DNA of 64,000 nt, taken from the NCBI GenBank assembly GCA_964057225.1, contig OZ059896.1:620001-684000 (forward strand). The letters are read 5' to 3'. The notes under the pieces were generated by a model. The model worked only from the letters and a program-made list of their open reading frames with translations, did no database searches and was not told the DNA's origin. Origin of the DNA: Auanema rhodensis (Eukaryota > Animalia > Nematoda). Numbering within the stretch: position 1 is the first letter of the stretch; each line of letters starts with the position of its first letter. Positions 1 to 14,608 of this stretch are shown here, in pieces. A program made the position numbers and the translations under genes.

Positions 1-176
1 CCATGCACCAATATCAATAAAAATTTGTTTTTAGACTAATATGGACATGGGGAATCTAATTTTGAAAACCGCATCTCTTTATCTTTCACGTGAAGCGAGT
101 TACATACCAAGTGCACATCACGTGTACATTTAATTAGCATAAATTAAAGTTCACGTAAATTTCAAAGTCATGGTTA
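1..176 (+). repeat. Reference consensus monomer (176 bp)
   Basis: Identical to 177-352. Contains GGTTACC (BstEII, across the monomer junction), two CACGTG (87-92, 119-124), GTGCAC (111-116) and TGTACA (123-128). Confidence 0.98.
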
Positions 177-3100
177 CCATGCACCAATATCAATAAAAAT
201 TTGTTTTTAGACTAATATGGACATGGGGAATCTAATTTTGAAAACCGCATCTCTTTATCTTTCACGTGAAGCGAGTTACATACCAAGTGCACATCACGTG
301 TACATTTAATTAGCATAAATTAAAGTTCACGTAAATTTCAAAGTCATGGTTACCATGCACCAATATCAATAAAAATTTGTTTTTAGACTAATATGGACAT
401 GGGGAATCTAATTTTGAAAACCGCATCTCTTTATCTTTCACGTGAAGCGAGTTACATACCAAGTGCACAACACGTGTACATTTAATTAGCATAAATTAAA
501 GTTCACGTAAATTTCAAAGTCATGGTTACCATGCACCAATATCAATAAAAATTTGTTTTTAGACTAATATGGACATGGGGAATCTAATTTTGAAAACCGC
601 ATCTCTTTATCTTTCACGTGAAGCGAGTTACATACCAAGTGCACATCACGTGTACATTTAATTAGCATAAATTAAAGTTCACGTAAATTTCAAAGTCATG
701 GTTACCATGCACCAATATCAATAAAAATTAGTATTTAGACTAATATGGACATGGGGGATCTAATTTTGAAAACCGCATCTCTTTATCTTTCACGTGAAGC
801 GAGTTACATACCAAGTGCACATCACGTGTACATTTAATTAGCATAAATTAAAGTTCACGTAAATTTCAAAGTCATGGTTACCATGAACCAATATCAATAA
901 AAATTTGTTTTTAGACTAATATGGACATGGGGAATCTAATTTTGAAAACCGCATCTCTTTATCTTTCACGTGAAGCGAGTTACATACCAAGTGCACATCA
1001 CGTGTACATTTAATTAGCATAAATTAAAGTTCACGTAAATTTCAAAGTCATGGTTACCATGAACCAATATCAATAAAAATTTGTTTTTAGACTAATATGG
1101 ACATGGGGAATCTAATTTTGAAAACCGCATCTCTTTATCTTTCACGTGAAGCGAGTTACATACCAAGTGCACATCACGTGTACATTTAATTAGCATAAAT
1201 TAAAGTTCACGTAAATTTCAAAGTCATGGTTACCATGCACCAATATCAATAAAAATTTGTTTTTAGACTAATATGGACATGGGGAATCTAATTTTGAAAA
1301 CCGCATCTCTTCATCTTTCACGTGAAGCGAGTTACATACCAAGTGCACATCACGTGTACATTTAATTAGCATAAATTAAAGTTCACGTAAATTTCAAAGT
1401 CATGGTTACCATGAACCAATATCAATTAAAGTTTGTTTTTAGACTAATATGGACATGGGCAATCTAATTTTGAAAACCGCATCTCTTTATCTTTCACGTG
1501 AAGCGAGTTACATACCAAGTGCACATCACGTGTACATTTAATTAGCATAAATTAAAGTTCACGTAAATTTCAAAGTCATGGTTACCATGAACCAATATCA
1601 ATAAAAATTTGTTTTTAGAATAATATGGACATGGGTAATCTAATTTTGAAAACCGCATCTCTTTAACTTTCACGTGAAGCGAGTTACATACCAAGTGCAC
1701 ATCACGTGTACATTTAATTAGCATAAATTAAAGTTCACGTAAATTTCAAAGTCATGGTTACCATGAACCAATATCAATAAAAATTTGTTTTTAGACTAAT
1801 ATGGACATGGGGAATCTAATTTTGAAAACCGCATCTCTTTATCTTTCACGTGAAGCGAGTTACATACCAAGTGCACATCACGTGTACATTTAATTAGCAT
1901 AAATTAAAGTTCACGTAAATTTCAAAGTCATGGTTACCATGCACCAATATCAATAAAAATTTGTTTTTAGACTAATATGGACATGGGGAATCTAATTTTG
2001 AAAACCGCATCTCTTTATCTTTCACGTGAAGCGAGTTACATACCAAGATCACATCACGTGTACATTTAATTAGCATAAATTAAAGTTCACGTAAATTTCA
2101 AAGTCATGGTTACCATGCACCAATATCAATAAAAATTTGTTTTTAGACTAATATGGACATGGGGAATCTAATTTTGAAAACCGCATCTCTTTATCTTTCA
2201 CGTGAAGCGAGTTACATACCAAGTGCACATCACGTGTACATTTAATTAGCATAAATTAAAGTTCACGTAAATTTCAAAGTCATGGTTACCATGAACCAAT
2301 ATCAATAAAAATTTGTTTTTAGACTAATATGGACATGGGGAATCTAATTTTGAAAACCGCATCTCTTTATCTTTCACGTGAAGCGAGTTACATACCAAGT
2401 GCACATCACGTGTACATTTAATTAGCATAAATTAAAGTTCACGTAAATTTCAAAGTCATGGTTACCATGCACCAATATCAATAAAAATTTGTTTTTAGAC
2501 TAATATGGACATGGGGAATCTAATTTTGAAAACCGCATCTCTTCATCTTTCACGTGAAGCGAGTTACATACCAAGTGCACATCACGTGTACATTTAATTA
2601 GCATAAATTAAAGTTCACGTAAATTTCAAAGTCATGGTTACCATGAACCAATATCAATTAAAGTTTGTTTTTAGACTAATATGGACATGGGCAATCTAAT
2701 TTTGAAAACCGCATCTCTTTATCTTTCACGTGAAGCGAGTTACATACCAAGTGCACATCACGTGTACATTTAATTAGCATAAATTAAAGTTCACGTAAAT
2801 TTCAAAGTCATGGTTACCATGCACCAATATCAATAAAAATTTGTTTTTAGACTAATATGGACATGGGGAATCTAATTTTGAAAACCGCATCTCTTTATCT
2901 TTCACGTGAAGCGAGTTACATACCAAGTGCACATCACGTGTACATTTAATTAGCATAAATTAAAGTTCACGTAAATTTCAAAGTCATGGTTACCATGAAC
3001 CAATATCAATTAAAATTTGTTTTTAGACTAATATGGACATGGGCAATCTAATTTTGAAAACCGCATCTCTTTATCTTTCACGTGAAGCGAGTTACATACC

Positions 3101-6100
3101 AAGTGCACATCACGTGTACATTTAATTAGCATAAATTAAAGTTCACGTAAATTTCAAAGTCATGGTTACCATGCACCAATATCAATAAAAATTTGTTTTT
3201 AGACTAATATGGACATGGGGAATCTAATTTTGAAAACCGCATCTCTTTATCTTTCACGTGAAGCGAGTTACATACCAAGTGCACATCACGTGTACATTTA
3301 ATTAGCATAAATTAAAGTTCACGTAAATTTCAAAGTCATGGTTACCATGCACCAATATCAATAAAAATTTGTTTTTAGACTAATATGGACATGGGGAATC
3401 TAATTTTGAAAACCGCATCTCTTCATCTTTCACGTGAAGCGAGTTACATACCAAGTGCACATCACGTGTACATTTAATTAGCATAAATTAAAGTTCACGT
3501 AAATTTCAAAGTCATGGTTACCATGCACCAATATCAATAAAAATTTGTTTTTAGACTAATATGGACATGGAGAATCTAATTTTGAAAACCGCATCTCTTT
3601 ATCTTTCACGTGAAGCGAGTTACATACCAAGTGCACATCACGTGTACATTTAATTAGCATAAATTAAAGTTCACGTAAATTTCAAAGTCATGGTTACCAT
3701 GAACCAATATCAATTAAAATTTGTTTTTAGACTAATATGGACATCGGCAATCTAATTTTGAAAACCGCATCTCTTTATCTTTCACGTGAAGCGAGTTACA
3801 TACCAAGTGCACATCACGTGTACATTTAATTAGCATAAATTAAAGTTCACGTAAATTTCAAAGTCATGGTTACCATGAACCAATATCAATTAAAATTTGT
3901 TTTTAGACTAATATGGACATCGGCAATCTAATTTTGAAAACCGCATCTCTTTATCTTTCACGTGAAGCGAGTTACATACCAAGTGCACATCACGTGTACA
4001 TTTAATTAGCATAAATTAAAGTTCACGTAAATTTCAAAGTCATGGTTACCATGCACCAATATCAATAAAAATTTGTTTTTAGACTAATATGGACATGGGG
4101 AATCTGATTTTGAAAACCGCATCTCTTTATCTTTCACGTGAAGCGAGTTACATACCAAGTGCACATCACGTGTACATTTAATTAGCATAAATTAAAGTTC
4201 ACGTAAATTTCAAAGTCATGGTTACCATGCACCAATATCAATAAAAATTTGTTTTTAGACTAATATGGACATGGGGAATCTAATTTTGAAAACCGCATCT
4301 CTTTATCTTTCACGTGAAGCGAGTTACATACCAAGTGCACATCACGTGTACATTTAATTAGCATAAATTAAAGTTCACGTAAATTTCAAAGTCATGGTTA
4401 CCATGCACCAATATCAATAAAAATTAGTATTTAGACTAATATGGACATGGGGGATCTAATTTTGAAAACCGCATCTCTTTATCTTTCACGTGAAGCGAGT
4501 TACATACCAAGTGCACATCACGTGTACATTTAATTAGCATAAATTAAAGTTCACGTAAATTTCAAAGTCATGGTTACCATGAACCAATATCAATAAAAAT
4601 TTGTTTTTAGACTAATATGGACATGGGTAATCTAATTTTGAAAACCGCATCTCTTTAACTTTCACGTGAAGCGAGTTACATACCAAGTGCACATCACGTG
4701 TACATTTAATTAGCATAAATTAAAGTTCACGTAAATTTCAAAGTCATGGTTACCATGAACCAATATCAATAAAAATTTGTTTTTAGACTAATATGGACAT
4801 GGGGAATCTAATTTTGAAAACCGCATCTCTTTATCTTACACGTGAAGCGAGTTACATACCAAGTGCACATCACGTGTACATTTAATTAGCATAAATTAAA
4901 GTTCACGTAAAATTCAAAGTCATGGTTACCATGCACCAATATCAATAAAAATTTGTTTTTAGACTAATATGGACATGGGGAATCTAATTTTGAAAACCGC
5001 ATCTCTTTAACTTTCACGTGAAGCGAGTTACATACCAAGTGCACATCACGTGTACATTTAATTAGCATAAATTAAAGTTCACGTAAATTTCAAAGTCATG
5101 GTTACCATGAACCAATATCAATAAAAATTTGTTTTTAGACTAATATGGACATGGGGAATCTAATTTTGAAAACCGCATCTCTTTATCTTTCACGTGAAGC
5201 GAGTTACATACCAAGTGCACATCACGTGTACATTTAATTAGCATAAATTAAAGTTCACGTAAAATTCAAAGTCATGGTTACCATGCACCAATATCAATAA
5301 AAATTTGTTTTTAGACTAATATGGACATGGGGAATCTAATTTTGAAAACCGCATCTCTTTAACTTTCACGTGAAGCGAGTTACATACCAAGTGCACATCA
5401 CGTGTACATTTAATTAGCATAAATTAAAGTTCACGTAAATTTCAAAGTCATGGTTACCATGAACCAATATCAATAAAAATTTGTTTTTAGACTAATATGG
5501 ACATGGGGAATCTAATTTTGAAAACCGCATCTCTTTATCTTTCACGTGAAGCGAGTTACATACCAAGTGCACATCACGTGTACATTTAATTAGCATAAAT
5601 TAAAGTTCACGTAAATTTCAAAGTCATGGTTACCATGAACCAATATCAATAAAAATTTGTTTTTAGACTAATATGGACATGGGGAATCTAATTTTGAAAA
5701 CCGCATCTCTTTATCTTTCACGTGAAGCGAGTTACATACCAAGTGCACATCACGTGTACATTTAATTAGCATAAATTAAAGTTCACGTAAATTTCAAAGT
5801 CATGGTTACCATGAACCAATATCAATAAAAATTTGTTTTTAGACTAATATGGACATGGGGAATCTAATTTTGAAAACCGCATCTCTTTATCTTTCACGTG
5901 AAGCGAGTTACATACCAAGTGCACATCACGTGTACATTTAATTAGCATAAATTAAAGTTCACGTAAATTTCAAAGTCATGGTTACCATGAACCAATATCA
6001 ATAAAAATTTGTTTGTAGACTAATATGGACATGGGGAATCTAATTTTGAAAACCGCATCTCTTTATCTTTCACGTGAAGCGAGTTACATACCAAGTGCAC

Positions 6101-8448
6101 ATCACGTGTACATTTAATTAGCATAAATTAAAGTTCACGTAAATTTCAAAGTCATGGTTACCATGCACCAATATCAATAAAAATTTGTTTTTAGACTAAT
6201 ATGGACATGGGTAATCTAATTTTGAAAACCGCATCTCTTTATCTTTCACGTGAAGCGAGTTACATACCAAGAGCACATCACGTGTACATTTAATTAGCAT
6301 AAATTAAAGTTCACGTAAATTTCAAAGTCATGGTTACCATGCACCAATATCAATAAAAATTTGTTTTTAGACTAATATGGACATGGGGAATCTAATTTTG
6401 AAAACCGCATCTCTTTATCTTTCACGTGAAGCGAGTTACATACCAAGTGCACATCACGTGTACATTTAATTAGCATAAATTAAAGTTCACGTAAATTTCA
6501 AAGTCATGGTTACCATGAACCAATATCAATAAAAATTTGTTTTTAGACTAATATGGACATGAGGAATCTAATTTTGAAAACCGCATCTCTTTATCTTCCA
6601 CGTGAAGCGAGTTACATACCAAGTGCACATCACGTGTACATTTAATTAGCATAAATTAAAGTTCACGTAAATTTCAAAGTCATGGTTACCATGAACCAAT
6701 ATCAATAAAAATTTGTTTTTAGACTAATATGGACATGGGGAATCTAATTTTGAAAACCGCATCTCTTTATCTTTCACGTGAAGCGAGTTACATACCAAGT
6801 GCACATCACGTGTACATTTAATTAGCATAAATTAAAGTTCACGTAAATTTCAAAGTCATGGTTACCATGCACCAATATCAATAAAAATTTGTTTTTAGAC
6901 TAATATGGACATGGGGAATCTAATTTTGAAAACCGCATCTCTTTATCTTTCACGTGAAGCGAGTTACATACCAAGTGCACATCACGTGTACATTTAATTA
7001 GCATAAATTAAAGTTCACGTAAATTTCAAAGTCATGGTTACCATGAACCAATATCAATAAAAATTTGTTTTTAGACTAATATGGACATGGGGAATCTAAT
7101 TTTGAAAACCGCATCTCTTTATCTTTCACGTGAAGCGAGTTACATACCAAGTGCACATCACGTGTACATTTAATTAGCATAAATTAAAGTTCACGTAAAA
7201 TTCAAAGTCATGGTTACCATGCACCAATATCAATAAAAATTTGTTTTTAGACTAATATGGACATGGAGAATCTAATTTTGAAAACCGCATCTCTTTATCT
7301 TTCACGTGAAGCGAGTTACATACCAAGTGCACATCACGTGTACATTTAATTAGCATAAATTAAAGTTCACGTAAATTTCAAAGTCATGGTTACCATGCAC
7401 CAATATCAATAAAAATTTGTTTTTAGACTAATATGGACATGGGGAATATAATTTTGAAAACCGCATCTCTTTATCTTTCACGTGAAGCGAGTTACATACC
7501 AAGTGCACATCACGTGTACATTTAATTAGCATAAATTAAAGTTCACGTAAATTTCAAAGTCATGGTTACCATGCACCAATATCAATAAAAATTTGTTTTT
7601 AGACTAATATGGACATGGGGAATCTAATTTTGAAAACCGCATCTCTTTAACTTTCACGTGAAGCGAGTTACATACCAAGTGCACATCACGTGTACATTTA
7701 ATTAGCATAAATTAAAGTTCACGTAAATTTCAAAGTCATGGTTACCATGCACCAATATCAATAAAAATTTGTTTTTAGACTAATATGGACATGGGGAATC
7801 TAATTTTGAAAACCGCATCTCTTTATCTTTCACGTGAAGCGAGTTACATACCAAGTGCACATCACGTGTACATTTAATTAGCATAAATTAAAGTTCACGT
7901 AAATTTCAAAGTCATGGTTACCATGCACCAATATCAATAAAAATTTGTTTTTAGACTAATATGGACATGGGGAATCTAATTTTGAAAACCGCATCTCTTT
8001 ATCTTACACGTGAAGCGAGTTACATACCAAGTGCACATCACGTGTACATTTAATTAGCATAAATTAAAGTTCACGTAAATTTCAAAGTCATGGTTACCAT
8101 GAACCAATATCAATAAAAATTTGTTTTTAGACTAATATGGACAGGGGGAATCTAATTTTGAAAACCGCATCTCTTCATCTTTCACGTGAAGCGAGTTACA
8201 TACCAAATGCACATCACGTGTACATTTAATTAGCATAAATTAAAGTTCACGTAAATTTCAAAGTCATGGTTACCATGAACCAATATCAATAAAAATTTGT
8301 TTTTAGACTAATATGGACATGAGGAATCTAATTTTGAAAACCGCATCTCTTCATCTTTCACGTGAAGCGAGTTACATACCAAGTGCACATCACGTGTACA
8401 TTTAATTAGCATAAATTAAAGTTCACGTAAATTTCAAAGTCATGGTTA

Positions 8449-9328
8449 CCATGCACCAATATCAATAAAAATTTGTTTTTAGACTAATATAGACATGGGG
8501 AATCTAATTTTGAAAACCGCATCTCTTTATCTTTCACGTGAAGCGAGTTACATACCAAGTGCACATCACGTGTACATTTAATTAGCATAAATTAAAGTTC
8601 ACGTAAATTTCAAAGTCATGGTTACCATGAAGCAATACCAATAAAAATTTGTTTTTAGACTAATATGGACATGGGGAATCTAATTTTGAAAACCGCATCT
8701 CTTTATCTTTCACGTGAAGCGAGTTACATACCAAGTGCACATCACGTGTACATTTAATTAGCATAAATTAAAGTTCACGTAAAATTCAAAGTCATGGTTA
8801 CCATGCACCAATATCAATAAAAATTTGTTTTTAGACTAATATGAACATGAGGAATCTAATTTTGAAAACCGCATCTCTTTATCTTTTACGTGAAGCGAGT
8901 TACATACCAAGTGCACATCACGTGTACATTTAATTAGCATAAATTAAAGTTCACGTAAATTTCAAAGTCATGGTTACCATGAAGCAATATCAATAAAAAT
9001 TTGTTTTTAGACTAATATGGACATGGGGAATCTAATCTTGAAAACCGCATCTCTTTATCTTTCACTTGAAGCGAGTTACATACCAAGTGCACATCACGTG
9101 TACATTTAATTAGCATAAATTAAAGTTCACGTAAAATTCAAAGTCATGGTTACCATGCACCAATATCAATAAAAATTTGTTTTTAGACTAATATGGACAT
9201 GGGGAATCTAATTTTGGAAACCGCATCTCTTTATCTTTTACGTGAAGCGAGTTACATACCAAGTGCACATCACGTGTACATTTAATTAGCATAAATTAAA
9301 GTTCACGTAAATTTCAAAGTCATGGTTA
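8449..9328 (+). repeat. 5-monomer variant cassette, dispersed copies at 12321-13200 and 14257-15136, partial copy at 16897-17424
   Basis: The same ordered diagnostic variants occur in each copy: ATAGACAT; GAAGCAATACC; TTTTACG; GAAGC+AATCTTG+CACTTG; TTGGAAA+TTTTACG. Confidence 0.88.
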
Positions 9329-12300
9329 CCATGAACCAATATCAATAAAAATTTGTTTTCAGACTAATATGGACATGGGGAATCTAATTTTGAAAACCGC
9401 ATCTCTTTATCTTTCACGTGAAGCGAGTTACATACCAAGTGCACATCACGTGTACATTTAATTAGCATAAATTAAAGTTCACGTAAATTTCAAAGTCATG
9501 GTTACCATGAACCAATATCAATAAAAATTTGTTTTTAGACTAATATGGACATGGGGAATCTAATTTTGAAAACCGCATCTCTTTATCTTTCACGTGAAGC
9601 GAGTTACATACCAAGTGCACATCACGTGTACATTTAATTAGCATAAATTAAAGTTCACGTAAATTTCAAAGTCATGGTTACCATGCACCAATATCAATAA
9701 AAATTTGTTTTTAGACTAATATGGACATGGGGGATCTAATTTTGAAAACCGCATCTCTTTATCTTTCACGTGAAGCGAGTTACATACCAAGTGCACATCA
9801 CGTGTACATTTAATTAGCATAAATTAAAGTTCACGTAAATTTCAAAGTCATGGTTACCATGCACCAATATCAATAAAAATTTGTTTTTAGACTAATATGG
9901 ACATGGGGAATCTAATTTTGAAAACCGCATCTCTTTATCTTTCACGTGAAGCGAGTTACATACCAAGTGCACATCACGTGTACATTTAATTAGCATAAAT
10001 TAAAGTTCACGTAAATTTCAAAGTCATGGTTACCATGAACCAATATCAATAAAAATTTGTTTTTAGACTAATATGGACATGGGGAATCTAATTTTGAAAA
10101 CCGCATCTCTTTATCTTTCACGTGAAGCGAGTTACATACCAAGTGCACATCACGTGTACATTTAATTAGCATAAATTAAAGTTCACGTAAATTTCAAAGT
10201 CATGGTTACCATGAACCAATATCAATAAAAATTTGTTTTTAGACTAATATGGACATGGGGAATCTAATTTTGAAAACCGCATCTCTTTATCTTTCACGTG
10301 AAGCGAGTTACATACCAAGTGCACATCACGTGTACATTTAATTAGCATAAATTAAAGTTCACGTAAATTTCAAAGTCATGGTTACCATGAACCAATATCA
10401 ATAAAAATTTGTTTTTAGACTAATATGGACATGGGGAATCTAATTTTGAAAACCGCATCTCTTTATCTTTCACGTGAAGCGAGTTACATACCAAGTGCAC
10501 ATCACGTGTACATTTAATTAGCATAAATTAAAGTTCACGTAAATTTCAAAGTCATGGTTACCATGCACCAATATCAATAAAAATTTGTTTTTAGACTAAT
10601 ATGGACATGGGGAATCTAATTTTGAAAACCGCATCTCTTTATCTTTCACGTGAAGCGAGTTACATACCAAGTGCACATCACGTGTACATTTAATTAGCAT
10701 AAATTAAAGTTCACGTAAATTTCAAAGTCATGGTTACCATGAACCAATATCAATAAAAATTTGTTTTTAGACTAATATGGACATGGGGAATCTAATTTTG
10801 AAAACCGCATCTCTTTATCTTTCACGTGAAGCGAGTTACATACCAAGTGCACATCACGTGTACATTTAATTAGCATAAATTAAAGTTCACGTAAAATTCA
10901 AAGTCATGGTTACCATGCACCAATATCAATAAAAATTTGTTTTTAGACTAATATGGACATGGAGAATCTAATTTTGAAAACCGCATCTCTTTATCTTTCA
11001 CGTGAAGCGAGTTACATACCAAGTGCACATCACGTGTACATTTAATTAGCATAAATTAAAGTTCACGTAAATTTCAAAGTCATGGTTACCATGCACCAAT
11101 ATCAATAAAAATTTGTTTTTAGACTAATATGGACATGGGGAATATAATTTTGAAAACCGCATCTCTTTATCTTTCACGTGAAGCGAGTTACATACCAAGT
11201 GCACATCACGTGTACATTTAATTAGCATAAATTAAAGTTCACGTAAATTTCAAAGTCATGGTTACCATGCACCAATATCAATAAAAATTTGTTTTTAGAC
11301 TAATATGGACATGGGGAATCTAATTTTGAAAACCGCATCTCTTTAACTTTCACGTGAAGCGAGTTACATACCAAGTGCACATCACGTGTACATTTAATTA
11401 GCATAAATTAAAGTTCACGTAAATTTCAAAGTCATGGTTACCATGAACCAATATCAATAAAAATTTGTTTTTAGACTAATATGGACATGGGGAATCTAAT
11501 TTTGAAAACCGCATCTCTTTATCTTTCACGTGAAGCGAGTTACATACCAAGTGCACATCACGTGTACATTTAATTAGCATAAATTAAAGTTCACGTAAAT
11601 TTCAAAGTCATGGTTACCATGAACCAATATCAATAAAAATTTGTTTTTAGACTAATATGGACATGGGGAATCTAATTTTGAAAACCGCATCTCTTTATCT
11701 TTCACGTGAAACGAGTTACATACCAAGAGCACATCACGTGTACATTTAATTAGCATAAATTAAAGTTCACGTAAATTTCAAAGTCATGGTTACCATGCAC
11801 CAATATTTATAAAAATTTGTTTTTAGACTAATATGGACATGGGGAATCTAATTTTGAAAACCGCATCTCTTTATCTTACACGTGAAGCGAGTTACATACC
11901 AAGTGCACATCACGTGTACATTTAATTAGCATAAATTAAAGTTCACGTAAATTTCAAAGTCATGGTTACCATGCACCAATATTTATAAAAATTTGTTTTT
12001 AGACTAATATGGACATGGGGAATCTAATTTTGAAAACCGCATCTCTTTATCTTACACGTGAAGCGAGTTACATACCAAGTGCACATCACGTGTACATTTA
12101 ATTAGCATAAATTAAAGTTCACGTAAATTTCAAAGTCATGGTTACCATGAACCAATATCAATAAAAATTTGTTTTTAGACTAATATGGACATGAGGAATC
12201 TAATTTTGAAAACCGCATCTCTTCATCTTTCACGTGAAGCGAGTTACATACCAAGTGCACATCACGTGTACATTTAATTAGCATAAATTAAAGTTCACGT

Positions 12301-14608
12301 AAATTTCAAAGTCATGGTTACCATGAACCAATATCAATAAAAATTTGTTTTTAGACTAATATAGACATGGGGAATCTAATTTTGAAAACCGCATCTCTTT
12401 ATCTTTCACGTGAAGCGAGTTACATACCAAGTGCACATCACGTGTACATTTAATTAGCATAAATTAAAGTTCACGTAAATTTCAAAGTCATGGTTACCAT
12501 GAAGCAATACCAATAAAAATTTGTTTTTAGACTAATATGGACATGGGGAATCTAATTTTGAAAACCGCATCTCTTTATCTTTCACGTGAAGCGAGTTACA
12601 TACCAAGTGCACATCACGTGTACATTTAATTAGCATAAATTAAAGTTCACGTAAAATTCAAAGTCATGGTTACCATGCACCAATATCAATAAAAATTTGT
12701 TTTTAGACTAATATGGACATGGGGAATCTAATTTTGAAAACCGCATCTCTTTATCTTTTACGTGAAGCGAGTTACATACCAAGTGCACATCACGTGTACA
12801 TTTAATTAGCATAAATTAAAGTTCACGTAAATTTCAAAGTCATGGTTACCATGAAGCAATATCAATAAAAATTTGTTTTTAGACTAATATGGACATGGGG
12901 AATCTAATCTTGAAAACCGCATCTCTTTATCTTTCACTTGAAGCGAGTTACATACCAAGTGCACATCACGTGTACATTTAATTAGCATAAATTAAAGTTC
13001 ACGTAAAATTCAAAGTCATGGTTACCATGCACCAATATCAATAAAAATTTGTTTTTAGACTAATATGGACATGGGGAATCTAATTTTGGAAACCGCATCT
13101 CTTTATCTTTTACGTGAAGCGAGTTACATACCAAGTGCACATCACGTGTACATTTAATTAGCATAAATTAAAGTTCACGTAAATTTCAAAGTCATGGTTA
13201 CCATGCACCAATATTTATAAAAATTTGTTTTTAGACTAATATGGACATGGGGAATCTAATTTTGAAAACCGCATCTCTTTATCTTACACGTGAAGCGAGT
13301 TACATACCAAGTGCACATCACGTGTACATTTAATTAGCATAAATTAAAGTTCACGTAAATTTCAAAGTCATGGTTACCATGAACCAATATCAATAAAAAT
13401 TTGTTTTTAGACTAATATGGACAGGGGGAATCTAATTTTGAAAACCGCATCTCTTCATCTTTCACGTGAAGCGAGTTACATACCAAATGCACATCACGTG
13501 TACATTTAATTAGCATAAATTAAAGTTCACGTAAATTTCAAAGTCATGGTTACCATGAACCAATATCAATAAAAATTTGTTTTCAGACTAATATGGACAT
13601 GGGGAATCTAATTTTGAAAACCGCATCTCTTTATCTTACACGTGAAGCGAGTTACATACCAAGTGCACATCACGTGTACATTTAATTAGCATAAATTAAA
13701 GTTCACGTAAATTTCAAAGTCATGGTTACCATGCACCAATATTTATAAAAATTTGTTTTTAGACTAATATGGACATGGGGAATCTAATTTTGAAAACCGC
13801 ATCTCTTTATCTTACACGTGAAGCGAGTTACATACCAAGTGCACATCACGTGTACATTTAATTAGCATAAATTAAAGTTCACGTAAATTTCAAAGTCATG
13901 GTTACCATGCACCAATATTTATAAAAATTTGTTTTTAGACTAATATGGACAGGGGGAATCTAATTTTGAAAACCGCATCTCTTCATCTTTCACGTGAAGC
14001 GAGTTACATACCAAATGCACATCACGTGTACATTTAATTAGCATAAATTAAAGTTCACGTAAATTTCAAAGTCATGGTTACCATGCACCAATATTTATAA
14101 AAATTTGTTTTTAGACTAATATGGACATGGGGAATCTAATTTTGAAAACCGCATCTCTTTATCTTACACGTGAAGCGAGTTACATACCAAGTGCACATCA
14201 CGTGTACATTTAATTAGCATAAATTAAAGTTCACGTAAATTTCAAAGTCATGGTTACCATGCACCAATATCAATAAAAATTTGTTTTTAGACTAATATAG
14301 ACATGGGGAATCTAATTTTGAAAACCGCATCTCTTTATCTTTCACGTGAAGCGAGTTACATACCAAGTGCACATCACGTGTACATTTAATTAGCATAAAT
14401 TAAAGTTCACGTAAATTTCAAAGTCATGGTTACCATGAAGCAATACCAATAAAAATTTGTTTTTAGACTAATATGGACATGGGGAATCTAATTTTGAAAA
14501 CCGCATCTCTTTATCTTTCACGTGAAGCGAGTTACATACCAAGTGCACATCACGTGTACATTTAATTAGCATAAATTAAAGTTCACGTAAAATTCAAAGT
14601 CATGGTTA

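Noticed and set aside
16-21. AATAAA polyadenylation-like signal in each monomer
   Set aside because: Expected by chance in 68% AT DNA, and there is no transcript context.
117-176. Budding-yeast point centromere (CDEI-like ATCACGTG followed by AT-rich DNA)
   Set aside because: There is no ~80-bp >90% AT CDEII or properly placed CDEIII, and point centromeres are single-copy.
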